Source: Candidatus Dojkabacteria bacterium
Lineage (GTDB): Bacteria > Patescibacteriota > Dojkabacteria > SC72 > JAFGCJ01
NCBI GenBank assembly: GCA_016932785.1
Contig: JAFGCJ010000001.1
Location: forward strand, 74,909 to 138,908
Direction of reading: 5' to 3'
DNA length: 64,000 nt
Shown here: positions 53,501 to 61,300 of the stretch, one piece after another
How positions within the stretch are numbered: the stretch's first letter is position 1
How the letters are laid out: every line of letters begins with the position of its first letter
Translations under genes and position numbers: made by a program
The notes under the pieces: generated by a model
Databases searched by the model: none
Seen by the model: only the letters and a program-made list of their open reading frames with translations
What the model was told of the DNA's origin: nothing

Positions 53501-54586
53501 CTACTCCTCCGGCTTTTCCAGTAGCATTTGTTCTGAACCTACTTCGACACCGGAAATTTTTAGAACGTCCTTATCTACTTTGGTGAATTCCTTTGAGGCT
53601 CTGTTGTACGCACCTACTGTTGATCCAAGATGTTTTCCAACCTTTTCAATGTGATCCTGGTAGTTTGTAAGGTGTTTTCCAAGAACCGCTACTCTCTTGA
53701 TAACTTCCTGGACTGATTCTTCAACCTGAAGCGCCTTGAGGGCTTGGAGAATGGTTTGAAGGTATGCATAAAATGTATTCGGTGAGACGAGTACTACACC
53801 TTTCTTGAATGCATAATTGATTAGATCTTCTGAGGAAACTTTCATTGCACCGACCTTATAGGCCAGTAGATTATAGAAGATTCCTTCAGCAGGAATAAAC
53901 ATTAATGCGAAGTCTGTAGTTCCTTCGTCTGTTCTGATGTATTTAGAGGTCTCATCTATTCTGGCTTTTAGATCGGATTTGAATTGCTTTTCAAGTTCTT
54001 CGCGGCGTGATTTGTCATTTTCCTTTTGGATTTCGTTGTATTTTTCCAGAGAAAACTTGGCATCTATGGGGATAATTTTGTCTTTAACGAAGATTGCGGC
54101 ATCGACGATTTCGCCGTCAGCAAATTTGTATTGGATTTTGTAGGTTCCCTGCGGCATGACTTTGCTTAGTAGATCTTCAAGAAAAAACTCACCCAGGATA
54201 CCTCTCTGCTTAGGATTTTTAAGAATGTTTTCGAGGCTTTGAAGCTGTGTTGCGAACTCCACTACTCTCTTGTTTGTTTCGTCGAGCTTGGTAAGACGTT
54301 CTGTGACGTCTTTAATAGTCTTGTTGCTTTCCTTGCTAAGTTCCTGAAGCATTCGGGTATTTGTGCTGGACTGCTTCTGGAGGCCGTCTGTCAGGATTTT
54401 TTGTTGAGACGTGAGTTTCTGATCGAGCTGCTGGACAAGTTGACCTATCTGGTTCTGAAGAAGCATCAGGCTCTTTTCGTCGTCTGGTTTTTGAAGTTTT
54501 TTGACTTGGGTGTAGATTAAAACTCCGGCTATTAGAACAGCGACTATAAGAAAAATTATTAGAATGGCAATAGTTGTGGTGTTCAT
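53501..54586 (-). CDS. rmuC: DNA recombination protein RmuC
   Basis: N-terminal TM, long coiled coil, and C-terminal RmuC nuclease-like core (IPIDAKFSLEKY, FALMFIPAEGIFYNLL). Confidence 0.85.
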   Translation of the reverse strand: MNTTTIAILIIFLIVAVLIAGVLIYTQVKKLQKPDDEKSLMLLQNQIGQLVQQLDQKLTSQQKILTDGLQKQSSTNTRMLQELSKESNKTIKDVTERLTKLDETNKRVVEFATQLQSLENILKNPKQRGILGEFFLEDLLSKVMPQGTYKIQYKFADGEIVDAAIFVKDKIIPIDAKFSLEKYNEIQKENDKSRREELEKQFKSDLKARIDETSKYIRTDEGTTDFALMFIPAEGIFYNLLAYKVGAMKVSSEDLINYAFKKGVVLVSPNTFYAYLQTILQALKALQVEESVQEVIKRVAVLGKHLTNYQDHIEKVGKHLGSTVGAYNRASKEFTKVDKDVLKISGVEVGSEQMLLEKPEE

Positions 54587-54632
54587 GAAATAGATTATAT
54601 GTGATTTGTGAAATTGGGGAAAGTATTGGAAG

Positions 54633-54716
54633 GGATTACATCGCTAGCTTTCCGAGTTTAATGAAAATTGTTGAAGTCTCGTTGGGCTGCGTTTAGAAAG
54701 CTAGCGATGTGAATCC
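54633..54716. repeat. Long imperfect inverted repeat (20-bp arms, one bulge, 43-nt spacer)
   Basis: GGATTACATCGCTAGCTTTC (54633-54652) pairs with GAAAGCTAGCGATGTGAATCC (54696-54716). Each arm contains the GCTAGC palindrome. Lies 47 nt upstream of the rmuC start in a 470-nt gap. Confidence 0.6.
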
Positions 54717-55059
54717 GGCTGGATCTGTTTGGTGCACAGCTACTTTTGGTTCAGGGTCCCTTTTTTGCCTTGTTTCTTTTCTCTCTTGGATGTTCTTCGA
54801 TTTTTAGTTCCCTGAATCTGAACCTTCTTTGGCATTTCCTGAGTCACCTCCAGTCCCTAAAGATAATGAAACACACCCAGAAGTCGTGGATACAACCTCT
54901 AGGTGTGTTTCACTATCAAAGACTGATAGCCGGATTTATATTACTGAGGAATTATTATCCTTGCGTGTAACAATTCACTCATTGTAATGAAAGAACAGCT
55001 ATAGATTAGCATTTTGCTGGAAATGTTGTCAATGGGTGTGGTGGAATAGAAGTTCTTGT

Positions 55060-55524
55060 CTAGCCCTCTCCTGCGTCATATGCCCGTGAGAGAAGTTCCG
55101 AAAATTTTTCATCAAAAATGGAAGTAGCATCGGCAACACCAAGCCTCTCTACTTCCCTCATTGGCTCAAGGTGTTTATTGATGGCTTTTCCTAGAACGGT
55201 CTCTCTTTGGTTTGCCTCTTTTGGAGGGATTGTTATTTTGACTCCAGAGATTAAATGTTCTGCTAGTATTCCGTTTTCGGTTTCTTCGTATCTTACAAGC
55301 GGGTTATCCTCGCTCGTGTCATCCTCCGAAGCTTGATAGCTGTCTTTTCTTTTCTCTTTTAGCCAGTCGATATATCTTAGGATGAACTCGCTTTCATCTC
55401 CGATCTCACCAGAGCTTGCAGCATTTGCGGTCGCGATAGCGAGGTGTTCAAATACCGGCTCGAGTGTTCGTGCAATTCTTTCTTCGTGATGGGCTGTTGT
55501 CATCTTATCGAAAGTTTGTTGCAT
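55060..55524 (-). CDS. Hypothetical protein
   Basis: 154-aa acidic cytoplasmic-looking ORF. No motifs recognised. Confidence 0.5.
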   Translation of the reverse strand: MQQTFDKMTTAHHEERIARTLEPVFEHLAIATANAASSGEIGDESEFILRYIDWLKEKRKDSYQASEDDTSEDNPLVRYEETENGILAEHLISGVKITIPPKEANQRETVLGKAINKHLEPMREVERLGVADATSIFDEKFSELLSRAYDAGEG

Positions 55525-55674
55525 TAAGGGTAGGTTTGTGGTTAGAAGTAATCTGTCTTATATCAGTATACCACCGTTTGGTGATTTTTCTACACTTCAA
55601 ATGACTGGATCAAGATTGAGTGTGAATCTGTTTTTGAGAGTCTGTGTGGGAGCTGTATTTACTGCTCGATATTA

Positions 55675-55703
55675 TTGATTTGGCCACTCGAATTCTGTAT
55701 ACT
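55675..55703 (+). promoter_or_regulatory. Candidate sigma70-type promoter of the fibre-protein gene
   Basis: TTGATT (55675-55680), 17-nt spacer, TATACT (55698-55703). Lies 31 nt upstream of ATG 55735. Confidence 0.35.
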
Positions 55704-55734
55704 TTGGGCGTATCCTTACTGTCGTTAATTTTTA

Positions 55735-58566
55735 ATGAACTTCCATATGGTTTCCAATTCTAATAGCCCTTCCCTTTCTGTCCAGGATTCTAGTGAATCA
55801 GGACTTGGCTCCAGAGCGGCTCTGGCTGCTCTCTTTGTTTTTCTACTTTTACTTTTGGGGTTTGGCGGATACAGTGTTCTGAATCTCTGGGGAGATCTCA
55901 AGGACGCTCAGGACAAACTGGGTGCCCAGGACGATAAAATTTCTCAACTAAACGAGGATCTTAAGGATGTTGAGAAAGGGACTGTTCTTGGTGAAACAGA
56001 CGAGGAGACTCAGGATAAAAATGGAGAAAAGGAAGATACTGCAGATGCGGAGAAAACAGGAGATAACGTAACAAATAACTTCTATGATTTTGGTAGCTAT
56101 CCTACGTATACAACAAACGAGTATTCTTATAACTTCAACCCTGCAACTGATTTAATTCCCAGTGCAAGTTATACATATGATATAGGTACTCCGTCCTTAA
56201 TGTGGGATGAAGTGTATGCCGGTGATTACTACGGAAATAATTTTTACGGTGGCGATTTTTATGGAGGGTTCTATGGTGATCTTACTGGAAATGTAACCGG
56301 TTGCGTCACTACTCTCGGAGGATCTTCCTACTGTAATGACGCAGATATTGTTGGGACCTTAAATGTTGATGGTGCTGTTACAATGGGTAGTACATTGGGT
56401 GTAGCTGGAGATGCTACTTTTAATTCAGACATTTATGTGGGAAATAATTCTTACATTGCGAATAATTCGGTTGTTGGCAACAGTCAGCTAGTAATGAACA
56501 ATTCTTTTGTGGGCAACTCACTTCTTGTAAACAATAATGCTCTTATTGGAAATAGTGCGATAGTCGCAAATAATCTTGGTGTCGGAAATAATCTTGGAGT
56601 TGCTGGAATGTTTGGTGTTTTGGGAGACGCTTATTTCGGAAGTGATGGTTATATCGATGGTGATTTCGAGCCTCTTGCAGATAACGCATATGATCTGGGA
56701 TCTGCTACTGAGAGGTGGGCTAATATTTATGGAGTAAGTCTGAATGTAAGTGATTTGGTAGCCGATACTGTTAGTGTGAATGATCTGACTGTAGATGGTG
56801 AATCCTGGCATAATGGACCTGAGCATTACTATGACGTCATTGATGCTCAGGCCGGGATATATAATGATGCCGGAACACTTCTGTTTGACGACGATGTCGA
56901 TGTGACAGGAGACGTGTATATTGCTGGTGGGGTTCAGATTATGGATTATCTTGACACCTATGGGAATGTAGATCTAGCGGGTGATTCATTTGACTATGTA
57001 CATGTATGGGGTGCTTCGACCTTTTATGCGGATTCGATGTTCAATCAAGATGTTTATCTTGGTGATAGTTCCGTAGATACAATCTATGTTAACGGAAGAC
57101 TTGGAACTGATCTTATTCCTGATACAAATGCGACTTATGATGTTGGGAGCTGGACACTTCGTTGGAATAATGGAAACTTTGCTAATGCAGTTAGAGTTGG
57201 AACAGGAGGATCACAGACAGTTCTTGCTAATGGAAGAGTTCAGGCACAGAATAATAGTCTTTTGGTCCAGGCTACTGGTACAAGCAATGACGTGACTGTT
57301 GACTCTGCCGATGATATAACACTTAGGGCAAATGGAGGCACGATTACAGCTGCTGGAGATCTGATTCCTGGCTTTGGAGCTTCCTATGATCTTGGTAAAT
57401 CATGGAGACCATGGGCGAGAGCCTATGCGGATAACTTCTATGGAGTATTTAATGGTGATATTAATGGATGTCTATATACTACCGGTGGATCTGTTTATTG
57501 TGATGATTCTAGTGTCGCCGGTGATCTTGATGTGACAGGTAACTCGCTATTGAGCGGAACCTTTGATGTTCTTGGTCCTGCGAACATGGGCGGTACACTT
57601 GATGTTCTGGGTAGTACCTCATTAGCAAACAACACTCTAACGGTTCAGAGTGGTTCTGCTGAGAGTCTCGCCGTCGATCCTGTTGGAAAAACCTACACTG
57701 TTCCATCTCAGTATGAGGCGGACCTTACGGGTGATATGAGGGTAAGTGGTTCGGTTGTTATCGAAGAGGATGCCGCTGTACAAGGAGATATGGTTGTTGC
57801 GGGAGTAATTGATCCTCAAGCTATAGTACTTACTCCTGGGGATGATGATTTGGCCGTTGAAGTAAGGAATGTCGGTGGATGGAATAGTTTTACCGTTGAT
57901 GAAGATGGTAATGTTACTGCGAGTGGGAATATGGATCTTGGCGGTGAGCTTGAAGTAGATGGAAATATGACTGTGAATGCACAACTTTCTGTGGTTGACC
58001 TTTCTGTTTCTGGGACGGCGGATATAAATGATGCAAGTATAACCGTAGTTTCGAGTAATCTTGTTCCTGATATTGGTACAGAGGCTCTAGGTTCTGTCGG
58101 ATCATATTGGAGTGCATTGTATGCAAACAACGGTTATTTCTCGGGAGGTGTAGGGGTTTCTGGAACATTGACTGTCGGTACCCTTATGATTGGAGCTACA
58201 GATGTTCAAAATGCTCTTACAACACTTGATGGCAGGGTTACGTCGTTAGAGGATGAGTTTCTTGCCGGGGGGCGTGTCAATGACCTAGAGGGACGTGTCG
58301 ATCTGCTTGAAGACAGAAAGGTGGTTATTGGTGGATATACTGCAAGTGGCGGTACAATAAGTGCAGGTTATCCGAATAACTATGTGACTGTTGTCATAAA
58401 TGTTGGATCTGCAATGGATTCTATTACTGTTACTCCGGTTGGTGCCGATAATCTGAGGGTGAGTCTTGTCTCAAGCCCTGTTGGAAGCTCATCGGTTACT
58501 GTAAGGGTTTATGGTCCGAATCCTTCTACAGTTGTGGGGGTTTCTTGGGTGGCAGTGCTACAATAG
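55735..58566 (+). CDS. Large N-terminally anchored fibre-like surface protein (tail-fibre / beta-helix-like repeats)
   Basis: 943 aa. TM (ALAALFVFLLLLLGFGGYSVL), a short coiled coil, five copies of an L(I/V)P..x..YD(L/V/I)GS..W...Y motif, nine hexapeptide repeats, G/N/V/D/T-rich beta-strand-like sequence, and C-terminal heptad segments (LDGRVTSLEDE, LEGRVDLLED). Confidence 0.8.
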   Translation: MNFHMVSNSNSPSLSVQDSSESGLGSRAALAALFVFLLLLLGFGGYSVLNLWGDLKDAQDKLGAQDDKISQLNEDLKDVEKGTVLGETDEETQDKNGEKEDTADAEKTGDNVTNNFYDFGSYPTYTTNEYSYNFNPATDLIPSASYTYDIGTPSLMWDEVYAGDYYGNNFYGGDFYGGFYGDLTGNVTGCVTTLGGSSYCNDADIVGTLNVDGAVTMGSTLGVAGDATFNSDIYVGNNSYIANNSVVGNSQLVMNNSFVGNSLLVNNNALIGNSAIVANNLGVGNNLGVAGMFGVLGDAYFGSDGYIDGDFEPLADNAYDLGSATERWANIYGVSLNVSDLVADTVSVNDLTVDGESWHNGPEHYYDVIDAQAGIYNDAGTLLFDDDVDVTGDVYIAGGVQIMDYLDTYGNVDLAGDSFDYVHVWGASTFYADSMFNQDVYLGDSSVDTIYVNGRLGTDLIPDTNATYDVGSWTLRWNNGNFANAVRVGTGGSQTVLANGRVQAQNNSLLVQATGTSNDVTVDSADDITLRANGGTITAAGDLIPGFGASYDLGKSWRPWARAYADNFYGVFNGDINGCLYTTGGSVYCDDSSVAGDLDVTGNSLLSGTFDVLGPANMGGTLDVLGSTSLANNTLTVQSGSAESLAVDPVGKTYTVPSQYEADLTGDMRVSGSVVIEEDAAVQGDMVVAGVIDPQAIVLTPGDDDLAVEVRNVGGWNSFTVDEDGNVTASGNMDLGGELEVDGNMTVNAQLSVVDLSVSGTADINDASITVVSSNLVPDIGTEALGSVGSYWSALYANNGYFSGGVGVSGTLTVGTLMIGATDVQNALTTLDGRVTSLEDEFLAGGRVNDLEGRVDLLEDRKVVIGGYTASGGTISAGYPNNYVTVVINVGSAMDSITVTPVGADNLRVSLVSSPVGSSSVTVRVYGPNPSTVVGVSWVAVLQ
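56440..56607 (+). repeat. Nine tandem 18-bp (hexapeptide) coding repeats inside the fibre gene
   Basis: GNNSYIA NNSVVG NSQLVM NNSFVG NSLLVN NNALIG NSAIVA NNLGVG NNLGVAG. The DNA units all start AA(T/C)(A/T)... with 18-nt periodicity. Confidence 0.7.
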
Positions 58567-58574
58567 CAATTTAG

Positions 58575-58604
58575 ATGATAAGGGAGCAAAAGCTCCCTTA
58601 TCAT
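58575..58604 (+). terminator. Strong hairpin after the fibre gene (terminator-like, no U tract)
   Basis: Perfect 13-bp stem ATGATAAGGGAGC / GCTCCCTTATCAT with loop AAAA, 9 nt after the TAG stop. Followed by GTTAAAACC. Confidence 0.5.
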
Positions 58605-58627
58605 GTTAAAACCTGACGAAAATAAAG

Positions 58628-59071
58628 ATGCAGAAAGTGTTTTCCAAAATCAAAATACCAGCTCTGTACGTTGTTGCAGGGATTGTTTCTGTTCTTGTTG
58701 TTCTGGCTCTTATTCTGTGTAATCTAGTCCTCTTGGACTACTATATGAAGACTGTTGCATCGGAGAAGAGTGTTTACGAGCAGGATAAGTACCATATTGT
58801 ATATATGAACAACAACCTTTTCTATTTCTGCAAATTAGAGAGTTACAACTCTGAATATGTGGAATGCAAGGACCCATATTATCTTGTTAGAAAGAAAGAG
58901 GAAAATAATGATGGTGTCGAAGAGGATAAAATCTATGTAAGAAGGCCCGCAGAGGAGGAAATATACAATCCTGAAGGTTCTATTTACCTCAAAAAGGACA
59001 ACATAGTTTATCTAGCAAAACTATCTGATGACTCTGTTGTTTTGGAGTACATAAAGAACGAGAGTAAATAA
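58628..59071 (+). CDS. Hypothetical N-terminally anchored protein (paralog A)
   Basis: 147 aa. TM (ALYVVAGIVSVLVVLALILCNLVLL). Shares the pattern Y..V(Y/F)(M/L).N...YF..L ... (D)(P/I)YYL ... LSDDS.V with the next ORF. Confidence 0.6.
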   Translation: MQKVFSKIKIPALYVVAGIVSVLVVLALILCNLVLLDYYMKTVASEKSVYEQDKYHIVYMNNNLFYFCKLESYNSEYVECKDPYYLVRKKEENNDGVEEDKIYVRRPAEEEIYNPEGSIYLKKDNIVYLAKLSDDSVVLEYIKNESK

Positions 59072-59077
59072 CTTAAG

Positions 59078-59668
59078 ATGATGGTAAAAATGTCAGATTC
59101 TAAAGAAGAGAAAACTGGTTCAGGAGAGAGAACCAGTGGAGCTAATAGTGAGGTGTGGGACTCTCTGACCAGGAAAGTCGTTGTAATTGTTATGATAGGA
59201 TTTATTCTTGTTCTTTTTTCTGTAGCTTTCATACTTTGGAAAAAGAAATCATATATAGAAGAGAGGAATAATTCCTACTATGCGGTTTTTCTTACAAATG
59301 GACAAGTTTATTTTGGGCATTTATTTTATGAAAACTCTTTGAATCCGGTTTTGAAGGATATCTACTATCTTCAATCGAATATTCAAGGTGAAGATGAAAA
59401 TACCAGCTATTCTCTTGTAAAACTTGGAAATGAACTTCATGGACCAGAAGATATGATGTATATAAATAGGGATCATGTTTTATTCTGGGAGGAGCTCTCA
59501 GATGACTCCAAGGTTGTTTCGGCAATAGAAGACTACGAAGTAGGTGGCGAGAGTCTAACGGTTCCATCTGATACAGCCAAGCCATATGTTGAAGACGAGG
59601 AACAGGACTCTGATAAGGATGAGAGCTCTATAGAATCAGGAGATAAAATTGAACCTGTGACAGAGTAA
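59078..59668 (+). CDS. Hypothetical N-terminally anchored protein (paralog B) with acidic tail
   Basis: 196 aa. TM (VVVIVMIGFILVLFSVAFILW). YYAVFLTNGQVYFGHL...DIYYLQ...LSDDSKVV aligns with the preceding ORF. Confidence 0.6.
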   Translation: MMVKMSDSKEEKTGSGERTSGANSEVWDSLTRKVVVIVMIGFILVLFSVAFILWKKKSYIEERNNSYYAVFLTNGQVYFGHLFYENSLNPVLKDIYYLQSNIQGEDENTSYSLVKLGNELHGPEDMMYINRDHVLFWEELSDDSKVVSAIEDYEVGGESLTVPSDTAKPYVEDEEQDSDKDESSIESGDKIEPVTE

Positions 59669-59678
59669 GTTCACTAAT

Positions 59679-60287
59679 TTAGGTGTTTCCTGTCCCAAAC
59701 TTCCCCTCATACCTCTTCACCAGCGAATACACACACCCGCAATAATTCTGCTTGTAAAAACCCTTTGTCTGCACCTCAGCTTTCCTTGGATCGATTGTAA
59801 CAAAACCCTTTGACCCTAGCCTCTTCCCTATTTCACAAATATCATTAAAGCACTGATAATGGCTTGACAACAATGTCGTCGAGAAGAATCCGAAATTCTC
59901 CTCTTTGCAATAGTCATAAGCCCTTTTTAATCGAAATTCCCAGCAAAGCCGGCATCTTCTGAGGTTCTTATTGTCTGAGTTGTATTTAATAGCTTTAAAC
60001 CACTTTTTTGGTGACCAATCAGAAACGACAAGACCAAGTCCCTCAGAATCAGAAATTTTCATAACGGCTTCCAGTCTTGCCAGATACTCTGTTCTAGGGT
60101 GGATATTGCTGTTGTCAAAGTAGAGAATTATTTTCTTGGGGAGCTCTATACCGGAGTCGCGCGAAGAATTTTCTTCTACCAATTCTCTGTATGCGTGAAT
60201 GAATTTCAATGCACAATCTGCGCAACAGGTGTGCAGTAGCAAGGATTTACTTGGATTTGCTTTGAGGTTCTTTTCCTGGATTTTCAT
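59679..60287 (-). CDS. queH: Epoxyqueuosine reductase QueH (DUF208 family)
   Basis: LLLHTCCADC N-terminal motif, RRCRLCWEFRLKRA, and C-terminal YKQNYCGCVYS. These are the Cys patterns characteristic of QueH. Confidence 0.75.
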   Translation of the reverse strand: MKIQEKNLKANPSKSLLLHTCCADCALKFIHAYRELVEENSSRDSGIELPKKIILYFDNSNIHPRTEYLARLEAVMKISDSEGLGLVVSDWSPKKWFKAIKYNSDNKNLRRCRLCWEFRLKRAYDYCKEENFGFFSTTLLSSHYQCFNDICEIGKRLGSKGFVTIDPRKAEVQTKGFYKQNYCGCVYSLVKRYEGKFGTGNT

Positions 60288-60298
60288 TGGTATCAGTA

Positions 60299-60481
60299 TT
60301 ACTCTTCTGACTCTTCATCTTCCTCGTCGGTCTCATCTTCAAAGGGGTCTACGTCCAGCCCGTTAATTTTGGTCATTTCCTCCCCGCAGCAGCTAAGTGT
60401 GCCTCCACCGACGTTTGTAACGATAACCTCGTTGCCGCACTTTTTACACTGGTATATCTCGGCATTTTCCTCAACAGTCAT
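60299..60481 (-). CDS. Desulforedoxin-like Fe(Cys)4 protein with acidic tail
   Basis: IYQCKKCGNEVIVTNVGGGTLSCCGEEM closely parallels desulforedoxin and the Dfx N-domain (YKCxxCGxxVxVxxxGGGxLxCCGExM). 60 aa, ending in a D/E-rich tail. Confidence 0.7.
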   Translation of the reverse strand: MTVEENAEIYQCKKCGNEVIVTNVGGGTLSCCGEEMTKINGLDVDPFEDETDEEDEESEE

Positions 60482-60526
60482 GATTGATTATGCTAAGTTT
60501 AGGATACTTGGCTTCGTCTTAATAAA

Positions 60527-60535
60527 ATTATAGCA
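60527..60535 (-). promoter_or_regulatory. Candidate extended -10 promoter (TGcTATAAT) for the desulforedoxin-queH unit
   Basis: The minus strand reads TGCTATAAT at 60535-60527, about 45 nt upstream of ATG 60481. Flanked by the direct repeats GATACTTGG (plus strand) at 60503-60511 and 60549-60557. Confidence 0.3.
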
Positions 60536-60576
60536 TAGTGAACTTTTTGATACTTGGTGTAGAAAGACAGGAGAAG

Positions 60577-61254
60577 CTAAATCGTGTCAGACAGCATGAG
60601 TCCGGCAAGTACAAGCATTGATATGCCAATAAGTATTCTCATTGTTGATTTATGCTTCTTTCTCCAGTCTTCTACTTTCTCTGAAGAAAGTCCGAATGAA
60701 GTCATTAGTAAAATGGTGATCAGTGGTAGCACAAAAATTAGGTTGTAGAGTGCCAGGTATAACATTCCTTGTAGTTTTAGGTCAGCCCTTGAGATCATAC
60801 TTAGTATTGCAATATAAGGCCCTCCGGTACACGGGAGTTCAAACAGTGAGACAATTCCTCCAAGAACTACAGCGGCTGGAATTGTTGATTTCTTTATGTA
60901 TTTTTTGATTCTGGGTGATGCACTCTTGGGTATTGCCAAAAGAGGCTTTTTCGCATTTACTATTCCATCTCGTATCTCTACAAGGCCTGCAACAAGAACT
61001 ATTATTCCTACAATTTTGTATATTATGTCCAGGAAGGATATTCCCGCAAGAATTCTGACAAGACCTGCTCCAGCGGCGAAGTAGCATATGTAAACAACGG
61101 ATATATATGTAAAACCAATACTAAGAAGTTTTCTCCTGGAGCCTTTTATAGAAGTTAAGAAAGTTATCATAAAAACAAGAACCCCTATCGCGCAAGGATT
61201 TATGGAATCAATTGCGGCTGCGGATATTAATGTGATTAAAGGTATATTGTTCAT
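60577..61254 (-). CDS. CcdA/DsbD-family thiol-disulfide transfer membrane protein
   Basis: 225 aa, about 6 TM. One Cys in TM1 (SINPCAIGVL) and one in a later TM (ELPCTGGPY), as in the CcdA/DsbD transmembrane-domain family. Confidence 0.65.
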   Translation of the reverse strand: MNNIPLITLISAAAIDSINPCAIGVLVFMITFLTSIKGSRRKLLSIGFTYISVVYICYFAAGAGLVRILAGISFLDIIYKIVGIIVLVAGLVEIRDGIVNAKKPLLAIPKSASPRIKKYIKKSTIPAAVVLGGIVSLFELPCTGGPYIAILSMISRADLKLQGMLYLALYNLIFVLPLITILLMTSFGLSSEKVEDWRKKHKSTMRILIGISMLVLAGLMLSDTI

Positions 61255-61300
61255 TTTGGTACGTTGAAATTAAATTTGAATGTTGATATTGGTCAATATC

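Noticed and set aside
54746-54970. 74-aa TTG-start ORF in the long gap upstream of rmuC
   Set aside because: The F/L/S-rich sequence reflects a pyrimidine-rich tract, the start is non-ATG, and there is no coding-like periodicity. The region is better treated as non-coding and structured.
56440-56607. 18-bp tandem periodicity that could be mistaken for a CRISPR-like or VNTR array
   Set aside because: It lies in frame within a long ORF and encodes hexapeptide repeats. There is no spacer/repeat alternation and there are no cas genes in the window.
55735-59668. Prophage or phage-tail remnant
   Set aside because: Only the fibre-like gene has phage-like architecture. No capsid, portal, terminase, tail tube, integrase or att-like repeats are visible within 64 kb, so I treat it as a cellular surface fibre.
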